Both the position numbers and the translations under genes were made by a program. Positions 38,548-48,076 of a stretch of DNA of 64,000 nucleotides are shown here, in pieces. How positions within the stretch are numbered: position 1 is the stretch's first letter; every line of letters begins with the position of its first letter. Source of the DNA: Marispirochaeta sp. (GTDB lineage: Bacteria; Spirochaetota; Spirochaetia; JC444; Marispirochaetaceae); contig CAXXFF010000002.1 in assembly GCA_963676835.2 (NCBI GenBank), positions 928,001-992,000 on the forward strand, read 5' to 3'. The notes below the pieces were generated by a model. That model searched no databases. It was not told the origin of the DNA and saw only the letters and a program-made list of their open reading frames with translations.

Positions 38548-39939
38548 TTACATCCCCGAAAAAAACGTCAGATACGGTCTGCCTTCAGCGAGTCTCTTCA
38601 CATACACCGCCAGTTCCAGCAGATGATAGTCCCCCCACATCGCTGATTCCCCGTGAGGTACAGCGCTGCCTTCGGGGATGTAGTCCCAGCCGTTGGGGCG
38701 GTGATAGACTGTATGAATCAGTATCCCTTCGTGGTCCGGACCCTCAGCAAGGTAGGGTCCTGTAAACAGAGTCTCACAGACCCGCAGTGCCGCTGCGGAG
38801 TACCGTTCTCCTACCGGTGAAGCTGATCCCATATAACGGCCCAGACGAAAAAGGCCCTGGGCAGAGATTGCTGCGGCGGAGGAATCCACAGGTTCAAACC
38901 GATTGAAGGGGTCCGCCGGTTTATCGAGATAATCCGGCAGACTAACCAGTCCCGGGGCACCGGTGTCCCAGTAGCAGATGCCGTCGGTGGGTGTCTGCTC
39001 AATATAGAAATCAGCAGCTGCTTTGGCAGTCTCCAGGCAACGGTTCAGGGCCTCTTCTTTGGTGCTCATCCCCGGAACCGCAGCCTCGACAAACTCATCT
39101 TCCCCCCGTGTATCAAGCCATTCCAAAAGTTCTGCATAGCCCAGGAGTACCCAGGCATGTCCCCGTGTCCAGGTGGTGTAGGGGGAGTAGCCCTGCTGGG
39201 TCGAGGGGCAGCGGTAGCTGCCGTTGGATGTATTGAAAAGCGATTCGTGGGCCACCCGGCCGCGGATATCATAGCTGTCCCGGCGGGTTCCGAAATAGAC
39301 GGTAAAGCGGGAGGTTGTTTCCATGTGCTGAAGAAGCCGTCTGAAAAGGGATATCTTCTCATCCTGCTCGCCCATCAGAACATGGCCGAATTGATGAGCC
39401 AGTGCCAGTACCCGCAGGGTGCGGATGGTATCGGCAAATAGAGAATGTCCGCCGTTGAAGGAGTAGATATAGCCGAGGCCGTCGGCCGCCTGAGTCCAGC
39501 GGGAGGCCTGTACAGCACCGGAAATCATAATCGCCGAGCGGTACATCTTTTTTTCCGTTTCCGGAATAGAGATCAGCCCTTCCCCGGCAAGGCGCAGCAG
39601 GTTCCCGTAGGTGCTGACAGTGTTAAACCCGTGATCATGGACGCCGGTGTGGGTAAGGTGGGGTGTCATACGGCTAAGGATCTCTGCTTTGCCCCATTGA
39701 AGCATATCCTTCTCTCCGCTTGCTTCGTACAGATAGAGGGCATTCCCAAACTGAAATCCCTGAGTCCATTCGGTCCATCCCCGGGATGTATATTCTCCCT
39801 GTACAGTAAATACCGGTGTTCCTTCAGAGGGATTCTGCCTGTTTATCAGCCTTCTGGTCGATTTAAGGCCTGTTTTGATTACTTTTTCTGTTCCCGCTGC
39901 GAGGTCGTCCAGGGCCGGGGGATTGATGGTATGTATCAT
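38548..39939 (-). CDS. Glycoside hydrolase family 88-like (unsaturated uronyl hydrolase fold)
   Basis: WTQGF, HDHGF, FADTI, QGY..TTWTRGHAW, YWD, DSSAAAI, WGDYHLLE. No signal peptide. Confidence 0.8.
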   Translation of the reverse strand: MIHTINPPALDDLAAGTEKVIKTGLKSTRRLINRQNPSEGTPVFTVQGEYTSRGWTEWTQGFQFGNALYLYEASGEKDMLQWGKAEILSRMTPHLTHTGVHDHGFNTVSTYGNLLRLAGEGLISIPETEKKMYRSAIMISGAVQASRWTQAADGLGYIYSFNGGHSLFADTIRTLRVLALAHQFGHVLMGEQDEKISLFRRLLQHMETTSRFTVYFGTRRDSYDIRGRVAHESLFNTSNGSYRCPSTQQGYSPYTTWTRGHAWVLLGYAELLEWLDTRGEDEFVEAAVPGMSTKEEALNRCLETAKAAADFYIEQTPTDGICYWDTGAPGLVSLPDYLDKPADPFNRFEPVDSSAAAISAQGLFRLGRYMGSASPVGERYSAAALRVCETLFTGPYLAEGPDHEGILIHTVYHRPNGWDYIPEGSAVPHGESAMWGDYHLLELAVYVKRLAEGRPYLTFFSGM

Positions 39940-39966
39940 TCCGAAACCTCCTGAAAGATGAACTGC

Positions 39967-40962
39967 TTATATAGTTTCACCTTCTACATATTGGACAGGA
40001 AGAATTTCCTGCATCGGGCTGTTATCCTTGTCTATAATTGCTGTATTCAGCCATTCTCCGGCTTTTACTCCGAGTTCGGGAATGGAAAGATTCATGGTAC
40101 TTATTTTTCTTTCAATCATTTTCAACAGGGGAGAGTTGTCGAAGCCCGTCAGGGATATCTCTTCCGGAACCCGTATATTTCGTGCAGTAAATGACTGCAG
40201 AAGGGAAAGGGCGAAAAAATCGTTAAAGGCAAAGACTGTGTTGAATCTGTTCTGCTCTATCCAGGGAATGGCTGTGGTGCTGATGGCCTGAAGATCATCA
40301 ACAAAATAGAGATTCTCTTTTCCGAAGGGAACAGCATGGGAGGCAAAGGCCTTCTCAACTCCTGCAAACCGCTCCAGAGAAAGTTTCTTCAGACTGCTGA
40401 AGGCAATGTAGCAGGGGCGGATATCTTTTCCTTTTTTCTCGTAAACAAGATTCGCAAGGGACCGCATTGCGTCACCGGTGTCATAGCAGACAAAGGAGTG
40501 GTCCGGGCTTTGTCTGTTCAAAAGCACTACAGGAATCTCCCGCTCGTTAAGGGCATTTGAGAGCTCTTCTCCGGGGGTTGTGAACGCGAAGATACAACCG
40601 TCGATATGGCCTGTTTTCTTGAAAGAGAGAAACTCCATATTTCCGTCATTTATACGGGTGGTAATATTAAGCCTGACACTGCCGAATCCTTCCTGAATGG
40701 AATCGATCAGTTCGGAAAGGTTGTAGAAAAAATGAATAAGGGTGTTTCCCGCCCGGGGAAGAAACAGATGAATATTCAGGATTGCCCGGCTTACCTGCTT
40801 TTTTATTGCCCTTCTGCGGTAGCCCATCTCTTCCGCAGCCTGACGGATCTGGCGGGTGCGTTCATCGCTTATAAGGCTTGAGTTGTTAAGAACCCTGGAG
40901 ACAGTGCTGGGTGAAATATCAAGTTTGCGGGCAATATCATATACAGTAACGCGTTTCGCCAT
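39967..40962 (-). CDS. LacI-family transcriptional regulator
   Basis: TVYDIARKLDISPSTVSRVLN HTH; FAFND and VPEEISLTGFDN. Atypical hinge region. Confidence 0.9.
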   Translation of the reverse strand: MAKRVTVYDIARKLDISPSTVSRVLNNSSLISDERTRQIRQAAEEMGYRRRAIKKQVSRAILNIHLFLPRAGNTLIHFFYNLSELIDSIQEGFGSVRLNITTRINDGNMEFLSFKKTGHIDGCIFAFTTPGEELSNALNEREIPVVLLNRQSPDHSFVCYDTGDAMRSLANLVYEKKGKDIRPCYIAFSSLKKLSLERFAGVEKAFASHAVPFGKENLYFVDDLQAISTTAIPWIEQNRFNTVFAFNDFFALSLLQSFTARNIRVPEEISLTGFDNSPLLKMIERKISTMNLSIPELGVKAGEWLNTAIIDKDNSPMQEILPVQYVEGETI

Positions 40963-41021
40963 TCTGCCGGGTACCTCATATTCTTGCTTATCAGCCTTTT
41001 TATATCATATTTCAGCAATTG

Positions 41022-41097
41022 TTGCATGCAAATTATTCAACTATTTTCTTGACAGAAAAAAGAAAGCACCTCTATACTTGTTTTGTTGCATGCAACA
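41022..41097. promoter_or_regulatory. Divergent promoter with two TTGCATGCAA operators
   Basis: Operators at 41022-41031 and 41086-41095 (TGTTGCATGCAACA is a perfect 14-mer) flank TTGACA (41049-41054)-N18-TATACT (41073-41078). Confidence 0.8.
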
Positions 41098-41117
41098 TTA
41101 ACCTATAGGATGTATCG

Positions 41118-42513
41118 GTGGCAGATTTTAAACGTTTTAATTTGAACAGTCCGGAAGATTTAAAAAGAGAACTCTCAGCATTATCACTTGAACTGCCAAT
41201 GAGTGAAAATATTGGCCTTCTTGGCGACACGGTGCCCCTGGGACGGGCAGAAAAAAAAGAAGAAAGGCAAATGGCAGCTTCCCAACCGCTTTGTAACCCA
41301 GCCAATGGAAGGATTTGATGCACTTGAGGAGGACTCATCCCCTTCGGAGCTTACCTTTCGACGGTACAAACGCTTCGCCGCTGGTGGAGCGGGACTTATC
41401 TGGTTTGAGGCCGCTGTAATATGCTCCGACGGCCGAAGTAATCCCCGTCAGCTTATGCTGACGGAAAAGAATCTTGATACCTGGAAGCGCCTGGTGGACG
41501 AAACAAGGCAGGCTGCCATGGACCGGTGGGGACACGAAATTGTAACCGTACTGCAGCTTGCTCACTCCGGACGCTGGAGTAAGCCTGAAGGCCGGCCGAA
41601 ACCGGTTCTGATCCACCACAACCCGGTGCTTGATGCTGCGGTGGGCAGCAGCGCCGAGGATGCCCTGATTAATGATGATGAGCTGAAGCGTCTCAGTGAT
41701 CTGTTCATCGAAAACAGCATACTTGCTACCCGGGCTGGTTTTGACGGGGTGGAAATGAAGGCCGTCCACGGATATCTTTCCGCGGAACTGCTCTGCGCTC
41801 ATACCCGGCCGGGGCGCTACGGCGGCAGCTATGAAAACCGGACCCGGTTTGTAAGGGACTGTACCGAAGGCATGCGTCAGGCAATGAGTTCCGACCATTT
41901 TGTAACCGCCAGGCTTACCCTGTACGAACCATCGGCTTACCCCTACGGATGGGGAACAAAGACAGAGACCGGTTCGCTTGAAACAGATTTTTCCGAGCCC
42001 ATCAGATTTGCTAGGGAACTGGCAGCCCTTGGGGAGATGCCGGTGTTTAACTATTCCCTGGGGTATCCCCGTTTCCAGCCCTATATTACCCGTCCATATA
42101 ACAATCCTATTGCCGGTGATTCCGTCTCTCCCGAGCACCCCCTGGAGGGAATTGTACGATTCCAGAACGCCGGCAGGGATCTTCAGGCCGAACTTGGTGA
42201 GGTACCGCTGGTGACCGCCGCCCTGGGCTGGCTCCAGCATCTGATGCCCGTTGTTGCTGCAGGGCTTGTGAAGCAGGACTGGGTTCGTCTGATAGGCCAG
42301 GGACGGCAGAGTTTCGCCTATCCGGAATCGGTGGCAGATATTCTTACCAAAGGGAAAATGGAGCCCCGCAGATGCTGCATTACCTGTTCGCTCTGCTCCC
42401 AGATAATGAAAGACGGTCTCGGCCGAACAGGGTGTCCCGTTAAGGATGGGGAAATTTACCGGAAGGAGCTGCAGAAAGGGCGGGCGGCAGCAAGGGCGCG
42501 GGGTCTTAAATGA
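41118..42513 (+). pseudogene. NADH:flavin oxidoreductase (OYE-like) with C-terminal Fe-S motif, split by a +1 frameshift at an A8 tract
   Basis: GTG 41118 with AGGA RBS opens a 66-aa ORF. The body (PNRF..QPMEG.D, GGAGLIWFEA, QLAHSGR, GFDGVEMKAVHGYL, YGGSYENR, CITCSLC..C) is in ORF 41203-42513. Removing one A from 41251-41258 fuses them. May be intact in vivo. Confidence 0.75.
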
Positions 42514-44552
42514 AGAGTCAAAATTACCGGCGGCAGCTTGACCCGGTCTCAGTTGGAAAGAGCAGTATTGCCTGTTTCTACTATCATACTCTGATAATAG
42601 GCAGCGGCGGAGCAACCCTGAGTGCGGCGGTGAGGCTGAAGAGAGCAGGAGTGAGTGATATCTGTGTTCTCACCGACGATCTTCAGGGGGGAACATCCCG
42701 CAATACCGGTTCGGACAAACAGACCTACTATAAACTGTCCGATTCGGGAAGAACTCCCGATTCTCCCTACAGCATGGCGGAATCTCTTTATGCAGGCGGT
42801 GCCATGCATGGAGATATTGCCCTTATCGAAGCCATTGGATCGGAGAACAGTTTTTATAATCTTGTCTCTCTGGGAGTTCCCTTTCCCCATAACCGGTGGG
42901 GGGGCTATACGGGATACAAGACTGATCATGATCCTCAGACCCGGGGGATGTCTCTGGGACCGTATACATCAAAAAAAATGGTGGAAGCCCTGGAGTCAGA
43001 ATGCCGCATACTGGATATAGAAATCAGGGACAGGCATGAGTGTGTACGGCTTATCCGCTCAGGCGACAGGATTGCCGGAGCAGTTATTCTGACAGCAGCA
43101 GCCCAGTCCGGTGCCGACAGGGATAACCCGCAAGGAAGACTGAAGATCTTTCTCTGCGACAACATGGTTTTCGGCCCCGGGGGACCTGCGGGGCTCTATG
43201 AGGCATCGGTGTATCCTCCGCGGCATACCGGTGCCATAGGCCTGGCTCTGGAAATAGGGGCGGAGGCGGTAAACCTCACCGAATCCCAGTACGGTATTAC
43301 CAGTACGGAATTCCGCTGGAATCTATCCGGAAGTTTTCAGCAGGTTATACCCCATTACTACAGCCGGGATCCGCTGACGGGCAACACATACTGCTTTTTA
43401 AATGACTATTTTCCTTCCATGAAAAAGCTTTCCCTGGCCATTTTTCAGAAGGGGTATCAGTGGCCCTTCGATGCACGCAAGGTATTTGACTACGGTTCTT
43501 CGCTTATTGATATTCTGGTGTATCAGGAGTCGGTCATCCGGGGGCGGGAAGTCTTTATGGACTTCAGATGTAATCTGCAGGGGGATAAAAAGATCGGCCT
43601 GTTCAATCCAGCTGGTCTGGCTGAAGAAGCCGCACACTACTGGCGCCGTTCCGGGCTGACCGGGGAAACCCCGGTGGAGCGTCTTAAGCAGATGAATCCC
43701 AAGGCGCTGCAGCTGTATAGATCCCATAACATCGATCTGTATTCTCAGCCCTTAAAGATTGCAGTATCGGCCCAGCATAATAACGGCGGGCTTGCGGGGG
43801 ACATCTGGTGGGAGTCTACAAATATCAGACACCTCTTTCCTGTAGGTGAGGTAAACGGCGCCCACGGGGTTGCCCGCCCCGGCGGCAGCGCTCTTAATTC
43901 CGGACAGGTTGGTGCCCTGCGGGCGGCGCAGAAAATTGCCAATGTCTATGGGGAAAACAGTCTTGACCTGGACGAGGCCCGCTCCGCTGCAGGCCGGGAT
44001 GCGGGCTTGCTGTTGGAGACTATCGGGGAAATCCTGGGAACCGCCGCAGACCGGGAGTCTCTCAAGGCCTTCCGCCGTGAGTTCCGGATGCGGATGAGCA
44101 GTTCTGCCGGGCTCATTCGAAGCCCAGGCAAAATTGATAAGGTCTGCAGGGATGCAGCGGTTCAGCAGAATAATTTTAAGCGACTGCAGGTGGATGGTGT
44201 CCGCCTTACGACAGCCCTCCGGCTGCGGCATCAGGTAATATCCCATCGGATTTATCTGGAAGCAGTTCGTCATTATCTCTCTTCAGGCGGAGGAAGCAGG
44301 GGCTCCTTTCTTGTTGCCCTTGAATCGGATGCAGCGGAGGAAGAAGGTATTCCCCTGGTTCCGGAGATCGGTTTTATCCCCGGTATCCGTCCTGAGAACC
44401 CCGGTCTGCGGGATAGTCTGCAGATTATCAGATTTAACAGTGACAGCGGTGAGCTTGAGTTCTCCTGGACAGACCGCCGGTCTGTTCCGGAAGAAGATGA
44501 CTGGTTTGAGAATGTCTGGGCCCGTTATAACAGCGGCGAAATCTTTACATAA
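42510..44552 (+). CDS. FAD-binding oxidoreductase of SdhA/FrdA/NadB fold, function unknown
   Basis: IIGSGGA dinucleotide fold, GYKTDHD, AQHNNGG, LFPVGEVNGAHGVARPGGSALNSGQVG, GGGSRG. Confidence 0.8.
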   Translation: MKSQNYRRQLDPVSVGKSSIACFYYHTLIIGSGGATLSAAVRLKRAGVSDICVLTDDLQGGTSRNTGSDKQTYYKLSDSGRTPDSPYSMAESLYAGGAMHGDIALIEAIGSENSFYNLVSLGVPFPHNRWGGYTGYKTDHDPQTRGMSLGPYTSKKMVEALESECRILDIEIRDRHECVRLIRSGDRIAGAVILTAAAQSGADRDNPQGRLKIFLCDNMVFGPGGPAGLYEASVYPPRHTGAIGLALEIGAEAVNLTESQYGITSTEFRWNLSGSFQQVIPHYYSRDPLTGNTYCFLNDYFPSMKKLSLAIFQKGYQWPFDARKVFDYGSSLIDILVYQESVIRGREVFMDFRCNLQGDKKIGLFNPAGLAEEAAHYWRRSGLTGETPVERLKQMNPKALQLYRSHNIDLYSQPLKIAVSAQHNNGGLAGDIWWESTNIRHLFPVGEVNGAHGVARPGGSALNSGQVGALRAAQKIANVYGENSLDLDEARSAAGRDAGLLLETIGEILGTAADRESLKAFRREFRMRMSSSAGLIRSPGKIDKVCRDAAVQQNNFKRLQVDGVRLTTALRLRHQVISHRIYLEAVRHYLSSGGGSRGSFLVALESDAAEEEGIPLVPEIGFIPGIRPENPGLRDSLQIIRFNSDSGELEFSWTDRRSVPEEDDWFENVWARYNSGEIFT

Positions 44553-44567
44553 AAAGGCGGAATCCTG

Positions 44568-45350
44568 ATGAAGAAGGCAGGTAATGCGGTACTGGTTACC
44601 GGAGGAAGTCGGGGTATCGGCAGGGGCATAGCGGTACAACTTGCATCTGCGGGTTTTTCGGTGGCGGTAAATTTTGCCGGAAACAGGGCTGCTGCGGAAG
44701 AGACGGTAAAAATCTGCCGAAACAATGCGCAAAATACGGAACAGCAGTTTGACCTGTTTCAGGCGGATATCTCCCTGGCAGAAGACCGGGAACGTCTTAT
44801 AGATGAGGTAGCAGCCCGCTTTGGGAAGTTGCGCGGTTTGGTAAATAACGCCGGGGTTGCGCCTCTTGAAAGGGGAGACTTGCTTGATCTCAAGGAGGAG
44901 TCCCTGGACAGGCTGATAGGTATAAACCTCAAGGGGGCATTCTTTCTTACCCAGTCTGTAGCCCGCAGGTGGACAGGGGAAGAAGAGCCCGGAGGGCGGA
45001 ATATTGTGTTTATTACCTCCGTCTCTTCTGAGATGGTCTCTGTAAACAGAGGCGATTACTGCATGACAAAATCCGCTCTCTCCATGGCGGTTCAGCTCTA
45101 TGCCCGGCGTCTGGCAGCAGAGGGTATCGGAGTCTTTGAAATCCGTCCGGGAATAATCCGCACCGACATGACCGCGGGAGTACAGGAAAAGTATGACCGG
45201 CTTATAGCTGAAGGACTGGTACCGCAGAAACGCTGGGGAACCCCGGAAGACATCGGCACTGCTGTTGCCTCCCTGATGCGCGGTGATTTCGGCTATGCAA
45301 CTGGTTCTGTGATTCATCTTGATGGCGGCCTGCATATTCCTGAGCTGTAG
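44568..45350 (+). CDS. Short-chain dehydrogenase/reductase
   Basis: TGGSRGIG, NNAG, TSVSS, YCMTK, RPGIIRTDMT. Confidence 0.9.
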   Translation: MKKAGNAVLVTGGSRGIGRGIAVQLASAGFSVAVNFAGNRAAAEETVKICRNNAQNTEQQFDLFQADISLAEDRERLIDEVAARFGKLRGLVNNAGVAPLERGDLLDLKEESLDRLIGINLKGAFFLTQSVARRWTGEEEPGGRNIVFITSVSSEMVSVNRGDYCMTKSALSMAVQLYARRLAAEGIGVFEIRPGIIRTDMTAGVQEKYDRLIAEGLVPQKRWGTPEDIGTAVASLMRGDFGYATGSVIHLDGGLHIPEL

Positions 45351-45418
45351 ACGGATCCATTTTGACGGTGATGTTACCTGTTTTGTGCGGAAATTTTCTA
45401 AAGCGGGGGGGCTGAAGT

Positions 45419-46297
45419 ATGATTCTTACCGGGTTCACTGATGAAGTATCGCCGGATTTTAGCAGGCAGGTTGACGCCTGCCGTGTTCTGTCATGGGACT
45501 GGATTGATCTGAGAACAGTTGGCGACAAGAATATATGCCACCTTGAAACAGGTGAAATGGAAAATCTGCTGGAGGTTTTACGCGATTCAGGCATTCGCAT
45601 CGCATCCTTCGGCAGTCCAGTGGCCAACTGGTCCCGTTCTCTGGATTACCCCTTAAAAGATGAGATCCGGGAGCTTGAGCATGCTGCCGGGCTTATGCGC
45701 ATGGCTGATGTGAAGGGAATCAGGATAATGAGCTACCAAACAGATGCCCCAATACCCCTCCATGATCCTGTTAGAGATAAGGTTTTAAACAGACTGAAGG
45801 AATTGTCCCGGGTTGCCGGGAACGAGGGGATTGTCCTGCTTCATGAAAACTGTGAAACCTGGGGAGGTCAGAGCCTTGAGCACACTCTCTTTCTTCTGGA
45901 TAACATCCATTTACCGGCTTTTCGACTCATTTTTGACACTGGTAATCCTCCTGGCTCACCGGACATCCGGGGAACGGTTCCATTTAAACGACAGAACAGT
46001 CTGGAGTTTCTGAAAGCTGTTTATGAGGCTGTAGATATGGTTCATATAAAGGATGCGCGGTTCAGCAAAGAGGACGGTACTGTCTACACCTGGCCTGGAG
46101 AGGGTGACGCCGGACTGTCCGGGATTTTTTCATGGCTCAAAAAACAGGAATACTCCGGTCCGTTCTCAATAGAGCCCCATCTTGCTGTGGTCTACCATGA
46201 CGAGTCCGTAAAATCGGATGAAAAGAAGCGGTGGGACATGTTTATTGAATATGCCCGTAGAAGCAGCAGGCTGCTTAAGGCTGCCGGCTTTACGTGA
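45419..46297 (+). CDS. Sugar phosphate isomerase/epimerase (AP endonuclease 2 TIM barrel)
   Basis: GFTDE, LHEN, FDTGN, HIKD, PGEGD and SIEPH metal-binding motifs. Confidence 0.85.
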   Translation: MILTGFTDEVSPDFSRQVDACRVLSWDWIDLRTVGDKNICHLETGEMENLLEVLRDSGIRIASFGSPVANWSRSLDYPLKDEIRELEHAAGLMRMADVKGIRIMSYQTDAPIPLHDPVRDKVLNRLKELSRVAGNEGIVLLHENCETWGGQSLEHTLFLLDNIHLPAFRLIFDTGNPPGSPDIRGTVPFKRQNSLEFLKAVYEAVDMVHIKDARFSKEDGTVYTWPGEGDAGLSGIFSWLKKQEYSGPFSIEPHLAVVYHDESVKSDEKKRWDMFIEYARRSSRLLKAAGFT

Positions 46298-46324
46298 CAA
46301 AAGGATGCTCTGTAAAGATTTATC

Positions 46325-46387
46325 TTGACAGATTCGAAATTTGCTCCCTATAATGTTGCATGCAACAAAAAACTTTTGCATGCAACT
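46325..46387 (+). promoter_or_regulatory. Consensus promoter followed by two tandem TTGCATGCAA operators
   Basis: TTGACA (46325-46330)-N18-TATAAT (46349-46354); operators at 46356-46365 and 46376-46385. Confidence 0.85.
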
Positions 46388-46434
46388 ATTCTGTTTGTAA
46401 AAGTGAAAACGCGGGAAAAAAAAGGAGAGGAGAA

Positions 46435-47457
46435 ATGAAAAAAACTGTTGTTGTTCTGCTGGTATTTTTTATTGCTTTAGGTCTTTCTGCGGAAGGAAAA
46501 AAGGAATCCGCCGGAGGCTATGAATGGCAGCCCGGCAAACCGGTCAACCTGGTTGTGCCCTGGGGCGCTGGAGGCTCAACCGACCGTTCTGCACGTACCA
46601 CAGCTGGTATTGTTGAGGGACCTCTGGGCCAGAAGATTGTTATTGTAAACCAGGCTGGTGCTTCCGGGTCGGTAGGAACCAAGAATGTACTTGATGCTCC
46701 CAAGGACGGACTGAAATGGGTGGCCGGAGCAGTTAAGGATCTTGGTGTGTATAAGGTTCAGGGAATGATTGATACAACCCTGGATGACTGGCACCTCTAC
46801 CTTAATGTAGCTATGCCCAATGTGGTTGCCGTAAGTGCTGACTCGCCTTACAACGATTTCGGTGAGCTTATTGCTGCAATGAAAGCCAATCCCGGAAAGA
46901 TGAAAGTGGCAACCGCCGGTGTAAACTCCGCCGGTCATACCGCCATTGAGCTCATTAAAAAATATGCCGGAATTGAGTACACCCATGTAACCTATGATGG
47001 TGGAAACCCTGCGGTAATAGCCACGGTCGGCGGTGAAGCGGATGTTGTAACCCAGCTTTCTGTTGAAGAAGTTGACATGCTTAAAGCAGGAAAACTGAAG
47101 GCCCTCTGTGTTATGACAGACAAACCCCTTGTTGTAGATGGAATGTCCGGAGAAATTCCTCCCATTACCAACTGGATAAAGGATTTTGCATCTGCCCCCA
47201 TCTATTTCGGTATTTTTGTACCCAAGGGAGTACCTGCAGAAGTTACCAATACCCTGGATCAGATCTGGGAAGATACGGTAATGGACTCTGCGGAGCTGAA
47301 AGACTGGGCCGCCAAAAATGCGGTTGTCTTTGACCCCTGCTATGGTGAAGAGGCTCTGAAGAAATCCTTCCCCATGGTTCAGATCAGTGCATGGCTGAAA
47401 GTTGAATCCGGTGATGCGGTGGTAGATCCTGCCAGCATTGGAATCCCCAAACCCTGA
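46435..47457 (+). CDS. tctC: Tripartite tricarboxylate transporter substrate-binding protein
   Basis: VVPWGAGGSTD, NQAGASG, YDGG. Signal peptide from ATG 46435 after AGGAGAGGAG; ORF track starts at 46360. Confidence 0.88.
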   Translation: MKKTVVVLLVFFIALGLSAEGKKESAGGYEWQPGKPVNLVVPWGAGGSTDRSARTTAGIVEGPLGQKIVIVNQAGASGSVGTKNVLDAPKDGLKWVAGAVKDLGVYKVQGMIDTTLDDWHLYLNVAMPNVVAVSADSPYNDFGELIAAMKANPGKMKVATAGVNSAGHTAIELIKKYAGIEYTHVTYDGGNPAVIATVGGEADVVTQLSVEEVDMLKAGKLKALCVMTDKPLVVDGMSGEIPPITNWIKDFASAPIYFGIFVPKGVPAEVTNTLDQIWEDTVMDSAELKDWAAKNAVVFDPCYGEEALKKSFPMVQISAWLKVESGDAVVDPASIGIPKP

Positions 47458-47471
47458 TTATTGTGCATCCG

Positions 47472-47522
47472 GTCCCTCTCTTCCTCTCTTTTCCCCCTTT
47501 TTAGAGGGGCGAAGAGAGGGAC
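47472..47522 (+). other. Intercistronic stem-loop after tctC
   Basis: GTCCCTCTCTTC (47472-47483) and GAAGAGAGGGAC (47511-47522) form a perfect 12-bp inverted repeat; only a short U-run follows. Confidence 0.6.
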
Positions 47523-47548
47523 ATTTCTACTAAAACAGGAAAAATCAT

Positions 47549-48064
47549 ATGAACGATCAACAAATGAAAAAGGCGGATTTCTTAACCTCAGTTGTTCTGC
47601 TTGTTTTCGGAACCGGCGTAACCTGGATATCCTTTACCATGCCCCGTCTGGAAGAGAAGGGCATTAACCCTTACACAGCCCCTGGAGTAGTCCCTGCAAT
47701 ACTGGGCATTATTATCCTCTTTCTGGCTCTTGTTATGTTTATCAGAACAATAAAGCAAGGAGATTTTCTCCCCGTCTTTTCCGGCGGCGATCTGAAATCC
47801 TTTATCCTCAATGGAGGAACCCTTCGCCTGACTGTCGCTCTTGTTCTCAGTCTTATCTATGCCCTGGGAATGGTTGGGAGGGTCCCGTACCCCCTGGCAA
47901 CCTTCCTCTTTATCTTTGCCTTTATCCTCTGTTTCGACCTGAAATTTGATGCAATTCCGGGCAGTAAAAAAAGAATAATACTGGTGGCCTTTATTGAAGC
48001 TCTCATTACAGCTGCAGTTGTAAGTACCGCTTTTCAATATCTCTTTCTCGTCGATCTGCCTTAA
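47549..48064 (+). CDS. tctB: Tripartite tricarboxylate transporter small membrane subunit
   Basis: 4-5 TM helices, APGVVP, C-terminal FQYLFLVDLP. Confidence 0.85.
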   Translation: MNDQQMKKADFLTSVVLLVFGTGVTWISFTMPRLEEKGINPYTAPGVVPAILGIIILFLALVMFIRTIKQGDFLPVFSGGDLKSFILNGGTLRLTVALVLSLIYALGMVGRVPYPLATFLFIFAFILCFDLKFDAIPGSKKRIILVAFIEALITAAVVSTAFQYLFLVDLP

Positions 48065-48076
48065 GGAGTTTCCTCT

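Noticed and set aside
41335..42615. 426-aa minus-strand ORF
   Set aside because: Antisense shadow of the motif-rich flavin oxidoreductase; no recognisable motifs of its own.
42510..44552. Calling this sdhA, frdA or nadB
   Set aside because: Covalent-FAD His motif absent and no Fe-S or anchor subunit or nad genes nearby; only the fold is supported.
44283..45335. 350-aa minus-strand ORF (similarly 57580-58329)
   Set aside because: Antisense shadows of SDR genes, a common codon-bias artefact.
44568..45350. Calling this fabG (fatty acid synthesis)
   Set aside because: No acp or fab genes nearby; the context is carbohydrate catabolism.
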